Positions 13,408-26,900 of a DNA stretch of 64,000 nucleotides are shown here, piece by piece. The translations under genes and the position numbers were made by a program. This DNA is from Isurus oxyrinchus. Taxonomy: Eukaryota. Numbering within the stretch: position 1 is the first letter of the stretch; the number at the start of each line of letters is the position of its first letter. The stretch spans positions 310,001 through 374,000 of the forward strand of contig JANJGN010000557.1 in assembly GCA_026770705.1 (NCBI GenBank). The letters run 5' to 3'. The notes beneath the pieces are model-generated. The model was not told where the DNA came from. It searched no databases and worked only from the letters and a program-made list of their open reading frames with translations.

Positions 13408-15717
13408 TGTGTGTATGTGTGTGTGTGTGATGTTGAAATCTGTGTAACTCACATTCCACAGTGATGGTTATGAACCCCTGCACTGCTCCATGTTCATTCT
13501 CTGCCACACACTGATAGTCTCCAGTGTCCCTGGATGTAACGTGAGGAATCACCAACCACAGCTCATTGTTGGAACTTGTTCTGTTCATTGGGACATTAAG
13601 ATGTCGCCACATCAGGTTAGAAGCTGGGAAGCTCTCGACAGAGCAGATTATCACTGCAGAATTCCCCTCAATTATATTGATCGATGAAGCGTTAATCATA
13701 CCAAGAGAAGTAATTGAGAGATTCCATGGTGCATCTAAAAACATAGAAAGATTTTAATGTGAACAAATATAGTGCACAGCAAGACTCCATGCATCATCTC
13801 CCTGTATCTGATGTCTGAATGCATTTCCAGGTAACTTCCCTCAGGATAAGATCTTATTTCACATTTACAATGGACACTGCCTATGTAAACTGTCATACTG
13901 CAGTTACATTCTCCCACCAGTGGAGATGTCTATCTAGAATGCAGGAAACTCCCTTTCAGATCCTCAGGATGTCCCCAAGGGCTTCAAAGGCAATGGATTG
14001 TATTGATCGATGGAGCACTGAGGGGTAAAACTACAATTCTCTGTTCAGGATGTTGCTCCAACCAGTTCAGTGTCTTGTTGATCTGGAGTTTACCTTCCTT
14101 CAACACAGAATCGGAGCTGATACCGAGACTCCAGTGCAGCACTGAGAGAGGAGAGAGGCCTCACATGTGTGTATGTGTGTGTGTGTGTTTGTGTTTCTGC
14201 ACAAGTGAGTGTGCTTGTGTGTGTATGCACACATGTATCTGTGTGTGCGCATGCGCATGTGTCTGTGTGTCTACGTCTGTCCATGAGTGAGTGAATGTGC
14301 ATGTGTGTGTCTATGTGTGGGCATGAATATGTGTGTGTGTTTGAGATGGGTGTGTATTTTCCTGTGTATGTGTTTGTACGTGTATGGCTGCGTGTGTATA
14401 CTTATGCATGTGTATGCCTAAACACGTATGTGTGTGTGTGTGTATGTGTGTGTGTGTGTGAGTGATGTTGAAGTCTACATTAACTCACATTCCACAGTGA
14501 TGGTTATGAACCCCTCCACTGCTCCATGTTCATTCTCTGCCACACACTGATAGTCTCCAGTGTCCCTGGATGTAACGTGAGGAATCACCAACCACAGCTC
14601 ATTGTTGGAACTTGTTCTGTTCATTGGAACATTAAGATGTCGCCACGTCAGGTTAGAAGCTGGGAAGCTCTCGACAGAGCAGATTATCACTGCAGAATTC
14701 CCCTCAATTATATTGATCGATGAAGCGTTAATCATACCAAGAGAAGTAATTGAGAGATTCTGTGGTGCATCTAAATACAAATAAAGGTTTCATTGTGAGC
14801 AAACACAGTGCACAGCAAGACTCCATGATACATCTCTCTCTATTTGGTGTCTATGTGCATTTCCAGGGTTCTTTCCTGTTTTAAGTTCCTATGTAGACTT
14901 TTAATATGGTCACTGCCAGCATTTTTCTTTTTGTACATTCATGGGCAGTGGCTGTATCTATCTAGACCAGCATTTATTACCCATCCCTAATAACCCTTGA
15001 GGAGGTGGTGGTGAGTTTTTCACACCCACAGAATTCCCAGCCTCTGACCGGCTCCTGTAGCCACAGTATTTATGGCCGGTCCAGTTAGGTGTTTGGGTAA
15101 CATCCCCCAGGATGTTGATCGTGGGGGATTCAGCGATGGTAAACTCACTGAACATCAAGGGGAGATGGTTAGATTCTCTCTTGTTGGAGATGATCACTGC
15201 CTGGTGCTTGTGTGGTGTGAACGTTACTTGTCATTTCTCAGCCCAAGCTGAGTGTTATTCAGCTCTTGCTGCATGTGGATATGTAAACTGTCACGCTGTA
15301 ATTACAGCCTTCCACCAGAGGAGACACTGTCAGGCTAGAAGAGAAGAAAGTGACTTTCACATCATCAGGAAGTTTACAGGGATTTGACAGTTGAGGAATT
15401 GCTTTAGAATAATGGGGTATTGAGTGATAAACCTACAATTCTCTGTGCAGGGGTTTGCTCATCCAATACAGGGTCTTGTTCAGCTGATGTCATCAGTGTT
15501 TCAATGCACAATCTGGAGCAACACTCCAGTGCAGCAGAGGGAGAACAGACAACTCACACATGTCTGTGTTTGTGTGTGAGCAAGCACGCGTGTGATTCTG
15601 TATGTATGCTTGTGTGTGTGAGCATGCATGCGTGCACACCTGTGCACATGTGGGATTGCACATGAATGCTTGTTTGTGTGCATGTGTGTCCACACAAGTG
15701 CTAGAGTGTGTGTGTGT

Positions 15718-15749
<32 letters not shown>

Positions 15750-17923
15750 ATACGTGAGAGTGATGTTGAAGTTTGCATTAACTCACATTCCACAGTGATG
15801 GTTATGAACCCCTCCACTCCTCCATGTTCATTCTCTGCCACACACTGATAGTCTCCAGTGTCCCTGGATGTAACGTGAGGAATCACCAACCACAGCTCAT
15901 TGTTGGAACTTGTTCTGTTCATTGGAACATTAAGATGTCGCCATGTCAGGTTAGAAGCTGGGAAGCTCTCGACAGAGCAGATTATCACTGCAGAATTTCC
16001 CTCAATTATATTGATTGATGAAGCGTTAATCATATCAAGAGAAGTAATTGAGAGATTCTGTGGTGCATCTAAAAACATATAAAGATTTTAATGTGAGCAA
16101 GCACAGTGCACAGCAAGACTCCATGTATCATGTCTCTGTATCTGATGTCTGAATGCATTTCCAGGTACCTTCCCTCAGGATAAGAACTTATTTCACATTT
16201 ACAATGGGCACTGCCTATATAAACTGTCACACTGCAGTTACGTTCTCCCACCAGTGGAGGTGTCCATCTAGAATGGACATCCTTTCAGATCCTCAGGATG
16301 CTCCCAAAGGCTTGACAGGAAATGAATTGTATTTGATCAATGGAGCTCTGAGGGGTAAATCTACAATTCTCTGTTCAGGAGGTTGCTCCATCTAATTCAG
16401 GGACTTGTTGATCTGGAGTTTACCTTCCTTCAACACAGAATCGGAGCTGATACCGAGACTCCAGTGCAGCACTGAGAGAGCACAGGGAACCCACACATTT
16501 TTGTGTGTGTATGTGTGTGTTGGCTTGTGTGTGTGTATGTTTCTGCACAATAAGGATCTGTNNNNNNNNNNNNNNNNNNNNNNNNNNNNNNNNNNNNNNN
16601 NNNNNNNNNNNNNNNNNNNNNNNNNNNNNNNNNNNNNNNNNNNNNNNNNNNNNNNNNNNNNNNNNNNNNNNNNNNNNNNNNNNNNNNNNNNNNNNNNNNN
16701 NNNNNNNNNNNNNNNNNNNNNNNNNNNNNNNCGTAACTCACGTTCCACAGTGATGGTTATGAACCCGTCCACTGCTCCATGTTCATTCTCTGCCACACAC
16801 TGATAGTCTCCAGTGTCCCTGGATGTAACGTGAGGAATCACCAACCACAGCTCATTGTTGGAACTTGTTCTGTTCATTGGAACATTAAGATGTCGCCATG
16901 TCAGGTTAGAAGCTGGGAAGCTCTCGACAGAGCAGATTATCACTGCAGAATTCCCCTCAATTATATTGATCCATGAAGCGTTAATCATATCAAGAGAATG
17001 AATTGAGAGATTCCGTGGTGCATCTAAAAACAAATAAAGGTCTCACTGTGAGCAAGCACAGTGCACAGCAAGACTCCATGATACATCTCTCTCTATTTGG
17101 TGTCTATGTGCATTTCAAGGTTTCTTTCCTGTTTATATTCCTATGTAAACTTTTATAATGGTCTCTGCTGGCGTTTTTCTTTTTGTACATTCATGGGAAG
17201 TGGATGTATCTATCTAGATCAGCATTTATTACCCATCCCTAATTGCCCTTGAGCAGGTGGTGGTGATTTTTTCACCCCACAGAATTCCCAGCCTCTGACC
17301 GGCTCCTGTAGCCACAGTATTTATGGCCGGTCCAGTTAGTTGTTTGGTTAACATCCCCCAGGACGTTGATCATGGGGGATTCAGTGATGGTAAAGTGATT
17401 GAATATCAAGGTGAGATGGTTAGATTCTCTCTTGTTGGAGATGATCACTGCCTGGTCCTTGTGTGGCATGAACATTACTTCTCATTTCTCAGTCCAAGCT
17501 GAGTATTGTCAGCTCTTGCTGCATGTGGATATGTAAACTGTCACGCTGTAATTACAGCCTTCCACCAGAGGAGACACTGTCGGGCTAGAAGAAAAGAAAA
17601 TGTCTTTCACATCATCAGAATGTTCACAGGGATTTGACAGTGGAGGAATTGCTTTAGAATAATGGGGTATTGATTGATAAACCTACAATTCTCGGTGCAG
17701 GGGGCTGCTCGTCCAATACAGGGTCTTGTTCAGCTGATGTTGTCAGTGTTTCAGAGCAGAATCTGGAGCAACACTCCAGTGCAGCACAGCGAGAACAGAT
17801 AACTCTCACATGTCTGTTTGTGTGTGAGCAAGCACACGTGTGATTCTGTATGTATGCTTCTGTGTGTGTCAGCATGCAGGCGTGTGCACACATGGGATTA
17901 AATATGAACGCATGTTTGCATGC

Positions 17924-17960
<37 letters not shown>

Positions 17961-20900
17961 TGTGTGTGTGTTTGTGCGTGTGTGTGAGTGATGTTGAAGT
18001 TTGCAGTAACTCACATTCCACAGTGATGGTTATGAATCCCTCCACTGCTCCATGTTCATTCTCTGCCACACACTGATAGTCTCCAGTGTCCCCGGATGTA
18101 ACGTGAGGAATCACCAACCACAGCTCATTGTTGGAACTTGTTCTGTTCATTGGGACATTAAGATGTCGCCACGTCAGGTTAGAAGCTGGGAAGCTCTCGA
18201 CAGAGCAGATTATCACTGCAGAATTCCCCTTAATTATATTGATCGATGAAGCGTTAATCGTATCAAGAGAAGTAATTGAGAGATTCCGTGGTGCATCTAA
18301 AAATAGATAAAGATTTTAATGTGAGCAAGCAGATTGCACAGCAAGACTCCATGCATCATCTCTCTGTATCTGATGTTTGCATGCATTTCCAGGTACCTTC
18401 CCTCAGGAGAGGAACTCACATGCGTATATGTGTTTCTTTGTGTGTGCCTGTGTATCTCTGTGCATCAGTGAGTGTGTTTGTGTTTCGTGGCCTGCGTGTC
18501 TGAGTGCGCCTGTGTGTTTGTGTGTTTGTGTGTGTATGTGTGAGTGTGTGTGCACGTGTGTACGCGCCAGTCTGTGTATGTGTGTGAATGTCTGTGCATC
18601 AGTTTGTGTGTGTGTGCATGTGAGTGTGTGTGAGTTAAGTGTGTGTGTGTTTTTGTGTATGTAATTGCAAGTGTATGATTTTGTACGTAAGTGTGAGGGT
18701 TCGTGTCTACTCATTTTGCGTGTGCGCATGCGTATGTGTGTGTGTGTGTGTGTCTGTGTCAGAGTGATGTTGAAGCCTATGTGCTCTCACATTCCACAGT
18801 GATGGTTATGAATCCCTCCACTGCTCCATGTTCATTCTCTGCCACACACTGATAGTCTCCAGTGTCCCTGGATGTAACGTGAGGAATCACCAACCACAGC
18901 TCATTGTTGGAACTTGTTCTGTTCATTGGGACATTAAGATGTCGCCACGTCAGGTTAGAAGCTGGGAAGCTCTCGACAGAGCAGATTATCACTGCAGAAT
19001 TCCCCTCAATTATATTGATCGATGAAGCATTAATCATATTAAGAGAAGTAATTGAGAGATTCCATGATGCATCTAAAAACAAATAAAGATTTTGTTGTGA
19101 GGAAGACTCAATGCTTCGTCTCTCTCTATTTGGTGTCCATGTGCATTTCAAAGCATCTTCCCCATTATAAGTTCCGATGTCAACATTAATGATGGTCACT
19201 GCATGTAATTTTCTATTTGTACATTCAAGGGAAGTGGGTGTCGCTGGTTAGGCCAGCATTTATTACCCGCACCTAATTGCCCTTGTGAAGTGTATTGAAG
19301 ATGGAGATAGGTTCTTGATAGGTAAGGGGATCAAAGTTTATGGGGAGAAGGCTGGAGAATGGGGTTGAAAAACTTATCAACCATGATTGAATGGTGGAGC
19401 AGACTCGATATGCCGAAAGGCCTAATTTCTCCTATGTCTTAAGGTCTTATAGTCTTATAGAAGGTGGTGGTGAGTTATTTCCCCCCCACAGACTCCCCAG
19501 CCTCTAACGTGCTCCTGGTGCCACAGTATTTATGGCCGGTCCAGTTAGTTGTTTGGTTATCGTCCCCCAGGATGTTGATCGTGGGGGATTCAGCGATGGG
19601 AAAGTCACTGAACATCTAGGGGAGATGGTTAGATTCTCTCTTTTTGGAGATGATCACTGCCTGGTACTTGTGTGGCATGAACATTACTTGTCATTTCTCA
19701 GCCCAAGCTGAGTGTTATTCAGCTCTTGCTGCATGTGGATATGTAAACTGTCACGCTGTAATTACAGCCTTCCACCAGAGGAGACACTGTCAGGCTAGAA
19801 GAAAAGAAAGTGTCTTTCTCATCATCAGGATGTTCACAGGGATTTGACAGAGGAGGAATTGCTTTAGAATAATGGGGTATTGAGTGATAAACCTACAATT
19901 CTCTGTGCAGGGGGCTGCTCGTCCAATACAGGGCCTTGTTCAGCTGATGTCGTCAGTGTTTCAGAGCAGAATCTGGAGCAACACTCCAGTGCAGCACAGG
20001 GAGAACAGACAACTCACACATGTCTGTGTGTGTGTGAGCAAGCACACGTGTGATTCTGTGTATGTTTCCTTCTGTGTGTGAGAGCATGCAGGTGTACACA
20101 CCTGTGCACATGTGGGATTGCACATGAATGCTTGTTTGTGTGCACCTGTGTGTCTGTGTGTGTGTGTGTATGTGTGTGTGTGTGTGTGTATCTGTGAGAC
20201 TGTATGTGAGAGTGTTATTGCAGTTTGTGTTAACTCACGTTCCACAGTGATGGTTATGAACCCCTCCACTGCTCCATGTTCATTCTCTGCCACACACTGA
20301 TAGTCTCCAGTGTCCCTGGATGTAACGTGAGGAATCACCAACCACAGCTCATTGTTGGAACTTGTTCTGTTGATTGGGACTTTAAGATGTCGCCACGTCA
20401 GGTTAGAAGCTGGGAAGCTCTCGACAGAGCAGATTATCACTGCAGAATTCCCCTTAATTATATTGATCGATGAAGCATTAATCATATCAAGAGAAGTAAT
20501 TGAGAGATTCCGTGGTGTATCTAAAAACAAATAAAGATTTCATTGTGAACAAAACTCAATGCTTCGTCTCTCTCTATTTGGTGTCTATGTGCATTTCAAA
20601 GCACGTTCCCCATTATAAGTGCCTAATTCAACATTTGTAATGGTCACTGAATGTGCTTTTCTATTTGGACATTCATGGGAAGTGAGTGTCACTGGTTAGA
20701 CCAGCATTTTTTACCCATCCCTAATTGCCCTTGAGAAGGTGGTGGTGAGTTATTCACCCCCACAGAATTCCCAGCCTCTGACCTGCTCCTGTAGCCACAG
20801 TATTTATGGCCGGACCAGTTCGGGGTTTGGTTAACATCCCCCAGGATGTTGATCGTGGGGGATTCAGCGATGGTAAATTCATCGAATATCAAGGGGAGAT

Positions 20901-23900
20901 GGATAGGTTCTCTCTTGTTGGAGATGATCACTGCCTGGTACTTGTGTGGCATGAATTTTACCTGTCATTTCTCAGCCCAAGCTGAGTGTTGTTTAGCTCT
21001 TGCTACATGTGAGGTCATGCACTTTGGTAGGAAGAATAGAGGTTTAGACTATATTCTAAATGGGGAGAGAATTCAGAAATCTGGAGTGCAAAGGGACTTG
21101 GGAGTCCTAGTCCAGGATTCTCTTAAGGTTAACTTGCAGGTTGAGTCGGTAGTTAGGAAGGCAAATGCAATGTTGGCATTTATTTCGAGAGGACTAGAAT
21201 ATAAAAGCAGGGATCTGCTGCTGAGGCTTTATAAGGCTCTAGTCAGACCACATTTAGAATATTGTGAGCAATTTTGGGCCCCGTATCTCAGGAAGGATGT
21301 GCTTGCCCTGGAGAGGGTCCAGAGGAGGTTCACGGGAACGATCCCAGGAATGAAAGGCTTAACATATGAGGAGTGTTTGAGGACTCTGGGTCTATACTCG
21401 ATGGAGTTTAGAAGGATGAGGGAAGATCTGATTGAAACTTACAGAATACAGAAAGGCCTGGATAGAGTGGACATGGGGAAGATGTTTTCATTAGTAGGAG
21501 AGACTAGGACCCGAGGGCACAGCCTCAGAGTAAAGGGAAGACCTTTTAGAACAGAGATGAGGAGAAACTTTTTTAGCCAGAGCGTGGTGAATCTGTGGAA
21601 TTCATTGCCACAGAAGGCTGTGGAGGCCAGGTCATTGAGTGTATTTAAGACCGAGATAGATAGGTTCTTGATTGGTAGGGGATCAAAGGTTACGGGGAGA
21701 AGGTGGGAGAATGGGGTTGAGAAACTTATCAGCCATGATTGAATGGCAGAGCAGACTCAATGGGCCGAATGGCCTAATTTCTACTCCTTTGTCTTATGGT
21801 CTTATGTGGAAATGTAAACTGTCACGCTGTAATTACAGCCTTCCACCAGAGGAGACACTGTCGGGCTAGAAGAAAAGAAAATGTCTTTCACATCATCAGG
21901 ATGTTCACGGGGATTTGACAGTGGAGGAATTGCTTTAGAATAATGGGGTATTGAGTGATAAACCTACAATTCTCTGTGCAGGGGGCTGCTCGTCCAATAC
22001 AGGGTCTTGTTCAGCTGATGTCGTCAGTGTTTCAGAGCAGAATCTGGAGCAACACTCCAGTGCAGCACAGGGAGAACAGACAACTCACACATGTCTGTGT
22101 GTGTGTGAGCAAGCACACGTGTGATTCTGTATGTATGCTTCTGTGTGTGAGCATGCAGGTGTACACACCTGTGCACATGTGGGATTGCANNNNNNNNNNN
22201 NNNNNNNNNNNNNNNNNNNNNNNNNNNNNNNNNNNNNNNNNNNNNNNNNNNNNNNNNNNNNNNNNNNNNNNNNNNNNNNNNNNNNNNNNNNNNNNNNNNN
22301 NNNNNNNNNNNNNNNNNNNNNNNNNNNNNNNNNNNNNNNNNNNNNNNNNNNNNNNNNNNNGAGAGTGTTATTGCAGTTTGTGTTAACTCACGTTCCACAG
22401 TGATGGTTATGAACCCCTCCACTGCTCCATGTTCATTCTCTGCCACACACTGATAGTCTCCAGTGTCCCTGGATGTAACGTGAGGAATCACCAACCACAG
22501 CTCATTGTTGGAACTTGTTCTGTTCATTGGGACATTAAGATGTCGCCACGTCAGGTTAGAAGCTGGGAAGCTCTCGACAGAGCAGATTATCACTGCAGAA
22601 TTCCCCTCAATTATATTGATTAATGAAGCGTTAATCATATCAAGAGAATTAATTGAGAGATTCTGTGGTGCATCTAAAAACAAATATAGATCAGTTAACT
22701 TACATTGACTGTTAAGCATTTGAGAGACACTGAGAATGTGAAAGGTGTGATATCAATGGCGATTCCATTACCACAAAGCACATTATCGAGGCAGTCACTA
22801 CAGTCCTGTACTAAGGGAGTGCTGAACATTTGGAGGGTCAGTACTGAGGGAGTACTGCACTGTCCGAAGATCAGTAATGAGGGAGTGCTGCACTGTCAGA
22901 GGGTCAGTTCTGAGGGAGTGCTGCACTGTCAGAGGGTCAGTACTGAGGGAGTACTGCACTGTCCGAGGGTCAGTACTGAGAGAGTGCTGCACTGTCAGAG
23001 GGTCAGTACTGAGGGAGTGCTGCACTGTCAGAGGGTCAGTACTGAGGGAGTGCTGCACTGTCAGAGGGTCAGTAATGTGGGAGTGCTGCACTGTTGGAGG
23101 GTCAGTACTGAGGGAGTACTGCACTGTCGGAGGGTCAGTTCTATGAGAGTGCTGCATTGTCATGGGGTCATTACTGAGGTTATGCTGCAGTGTCAGAGTT
23201 GAATTTCTATCAGTTAAAGACTACTGACTTGTTATTAAGCACAATGCAGTTGCTGTGTACGATGTAGGCCTTTCAAGATAATGTAGAATGAAGGATGTCC
23301 ATACTTACATTGCACAGTTAGTATGAGGGTCCGCTCCGATGAAACAGATGGATATCTCACTCTGCAGCTGAGAGTGTGTCCGTGGTGTTTGAGTGATGGG
23401 ATCAGGGTCAGAACAGAAGTATAGGTCAGAGTGACACCATGCTGAGTTACAGTGTTTGAGACTGATCCAGGTACGTCAGTGGGAGTGTCCCAGGTTAAGA
23501 CAGGTGCTGCTGTTCCATTGCACGTTGTGTTGAAGGTGCATCTTACATCCACACGCTTTCCTGCAATAATTTCAGCAGGAAATATCGTGGGTTTATCTGT
23601 GAAATCTAACAGACAGAGAATGGATCCTTTTAGAGAAATATAACATGAAGCATCAGTTCAAATAGAAGTCACAGTCCCACAAGAGAAAGCACTTTTACAA
23701 GGATGATATCAGATCTGAGAGGTTACAATGATCAGGAAATATTTTTAAACAGGATTAGGGAGATTGATGAGAGTGGATAACCTGATAACATTGATGGACA
23801 CAGTCAATACATTTAATCATTGATATTAAAGTGAGTATTAAAGGTTGCTTTAGGACTGAACTGGAAGCTATCACCAGGTTATTGAGAATCAGACAGTGTG

Positions 23901-26900
23901 TTATAATAAGCTGTGTTTTGTGTTAATACGTAAACGTCACAGTTTGTGTTATTTCCCATTGAGTGTTGAATGTGAATTGTTGAGTAATTATAACACAGCA
24001 CTTACCAGAAATGTGAAGCCGGGTTACAGGATAGTAGTTGTATCTATTACTTCGGTCAAATTCTATTCTGAAAAAATAAGGTCCTGCATCTTCCCGTCTG
24101 ATGTTGTTTATAATCAGGGAACAGTCGCCATCTTTCAGGTCTCCAGACAGCCGGGTCCGTTGGCGGAACCGTGGTAACTCGTGACTGTGATCCTTGGAGT
24201 GAAAGGCTATGGGAGATCCAGGAATCTGATTCTCGTTATTAAACCAGACTCCGACTCGTGGCTGGTTTTCCAAATGTGATGGATAACTGTAATGACATGG
24301 AATCTGTACACACGAACCTTCCTGCGCTGTCACCTCTCGTGGAGTGTCACCTTTCCACTCTTGTGACAGTCCAACTGGGGAGAGAAATATCAATATTTAA
24401 CTCTGGATGGTTTGTAGATCCACTGGATTCGATATCCACTCCCTCCATCACTGGGGCACAGTGCTGCAGTGTGGACCATCTACAGGACACACAGGGATCT
24501 CCCCAAGGTTTCACATTGGATGGAAGAGAATCCTGGACACAGGAGTGGACAAGTTCATTCTACATTGGCTCATGGTCCTCAGGACCCTGTTTAGCTTTTT
24601 TCAAATTATTCGTTAATGGCATGTGCCCAGCATTTATTACCCATCCCATACCCATCAGAGGCATTTAAGAGTCAACCACATTGCTGTGGGTTTGGAGTGA
24701 CATGTAGGCCAGACTGGGTAAGGGTGGCAGATTTCCTTCCCTATAGGTGATCAGTGAACCAGGCTTTTTAATTTCATTCATCTGCCGTGATGGGATTCAC
24801 ACCCAGGGCCCCAGAGCATCACCCTGGGCCTCTGGAATACTAGCCCAGTGACAATACCTCTCTGCTACCGCTTCCCCTTAGTGAAGCCAGTCTTCCACCC
24901 AACACAGTGTCTACAAGACACACCATTGAGATCCATTCAGTGCTGATTTACAAGACAGGACAATGGATTAGGAGCCCTCAGAACTCCCCCCATTATCACC
25001 GTCATAAATCACTAATTAGCCTAACATTCCTGTCTGCTCTTCAATGCAGCTGATTGGCTAATCTGATTCAATCTGATTGGTGTTCATTCCCTCTTCAATG
25101 TTTAAGGAATCACCAATCACTCGGCCTCTAGTTATTCTCTTCACAGAATATTAGGCTATAAGGTGGATATTGTGAATTATTTTATCTTTCTGAACTGGTG
25201 CAGTAAAGTTTATTTTTGTTTGTTTAAAAGCCATGGAATCTTGTAGCTTTATTCTCTTCGCAAGCATCTTAAATCTCAAACCTCATCTACTTGAAACAAA
25301 ACATTATTGGTTCCTAACTGTAAATTATCCCAAAAAATTGGGTGCCTGTTCCTCCATCAGCAACTCTTCAGAATCCTGCTGAAGTCACGGATATTTCAGA
25401 AGGACAGGGAACAAGAGGTTTCTGGTATCAGCGTTTTGTGTTGGGGCCCAGTTCAGTTTGAACAAATAAACAACACCATCTTTGAAAGTCATGAACCCAC
25501 CACAGCGGCACCTCCGACACATGCAGAGCTCAGGCGAGAGGCGCTTTGTTAGTGTGTTTCACAGTGTCTGCTGGAGTAGGGTCAGTGCTGAGAGGGTCTG
25601 CTCAAGGATCATAACAACCTGCACTTGCACCTTCCAAGTAATAAGATTTTGTAAATGTATTCATTCATGGGATGTGGGCGTCGCTGCCAAGGCCAGCATT
25701 TGCTGCTCATCCCTAATGTCCCTCGAATGGAGGGGATTGCTCGGACATTTCAGAGGACTGTTGAAGAGTCAGACAAGTTCCCATCAGTCTGGAGTCACAT
25801 GTAGGCCAGACCAGATATAGACGGCAGATTTCTTTCCCTAAAGGCCATTAGTGAACCAGATGGGTGTGTATGACAATCAGTGATAGTTTCATGGTCTCCA
25901 TTACTGAGACTGACTCCCATTAGTGTAAACAGAGTGAACAGTTTTCCATTTATCCCACCTTTCCCGTTCTCTCCGGTATTTTACACACTATTGCTCGATA
26001 ATTTGATTTTGCCAAGGACCCCTTGGAAAATCATGGACCCCAGTTAGACAACCAATGGAATAAGAAATCTCTTTGGATTCTCACTGCCAAAGGAATCTCT
26101 TTAGATCCTCATTGTCTGAGGAATCTCTTTGGATCCTCACTGCCAAAGGAATCTCTTTGGATCCTCATTGTCTAAGGGATTATTTCTGATCCAAACCCCA
26201 TATTGTTGTATTGTTGATTCCGATGCAGCATTGTAGACTGACTTGTCCCCAAGCTCAGCACTGACCCTACTCCAGCAGACACTGTGAAACACACTAACAA
26301 AGCGCCTCTAGCCTGAGCTCTGCATGTGTCGGAGGTGCCGCAGTGGTGGGTTCATGACTTTCAAAGATGGTGTTGTATATTTGTTCAAACTGAACTGGGC
26401 CCCACATGAAACGCTGATACCAGAAACCTCTTGTTCCCTGTCCTTCTGAAACATCTATGATTCAGCAGGATTCTGAAGATTTGCTAATAAGGGTCTTAAA
26501 TTGTCTGATTGTTGAATGATACAACACAGGAGGAGCTCATTTGACTCATCGTGCTTGTGCTGACTCTTTCCCAATTCCTCACCAGCAACTTTCACACATT
26601 CCTGCAAATTTCCCTTCAAGTATTTATCCAGTTCCCCTTCTGAAAGTTCCTGTTGAATCTGCTTCCACCGCCCTTTCAGGCAGTGAGTCAATGGTCTCTC
26701 TCTGAGCTGCAAAGTGCTCAGATTCTGTGAAATTTAAACTCTGCAGCAGGTCAGAGACAATCATGATAACTCAGAATATTTGACAGTTTTACACACGGAC
26801 AGCTTTACCTTCCTTCTCTCTTTCAGTTATCTTGCTCCCTTATTGAAGTATCTAGCATGGTGAGAATGGACAGGAAGTGTGACACTGAACAGCCTGTCTA

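Noticed and set aside
3265-20300. His-Thr-rich and Cys-Val-rich ORFs and ORF tails after ...ITVEC/ER
   Set aside because: Read-through of GT donors into (CA)n/(TG)n intronic microsatellites
2831-22708. Recurrent plus-strand ORFs ([15 protein letters not shown]..., [12 protein letters not shown]...)
   Set aside because: Antisense shadows of the repeated Ig exon
24006-24374. Rearranging antigen-receptor (Ig/TCR/IgNAR) V segment with RSS
   Set aside because: The V exon is complete through the G strand, ends in a splice donor, and has the Siglec Cys/Arg pattern. CACAGTG at the Ig exon ends is just antisense ITV codons, and I saw no matching nonamer.
2718-24374. Assigning SIGLEC1, CD22 or MAG as the gene symbol
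   Set aside because: Domain count resembles sialoadhesin, but the repeats are recent copies of one exon; orthology needs phylogeny and synteny
25930-26280. Possible decayed Ig V exon ([12 protein letters not shown]...NCSL) after a tttcacag acceptor on the minus strand
   Set aside because: Needs several frameshifts, has the wrong phase and is interrupted by a 28-bp repeat; too weak without an HMM search
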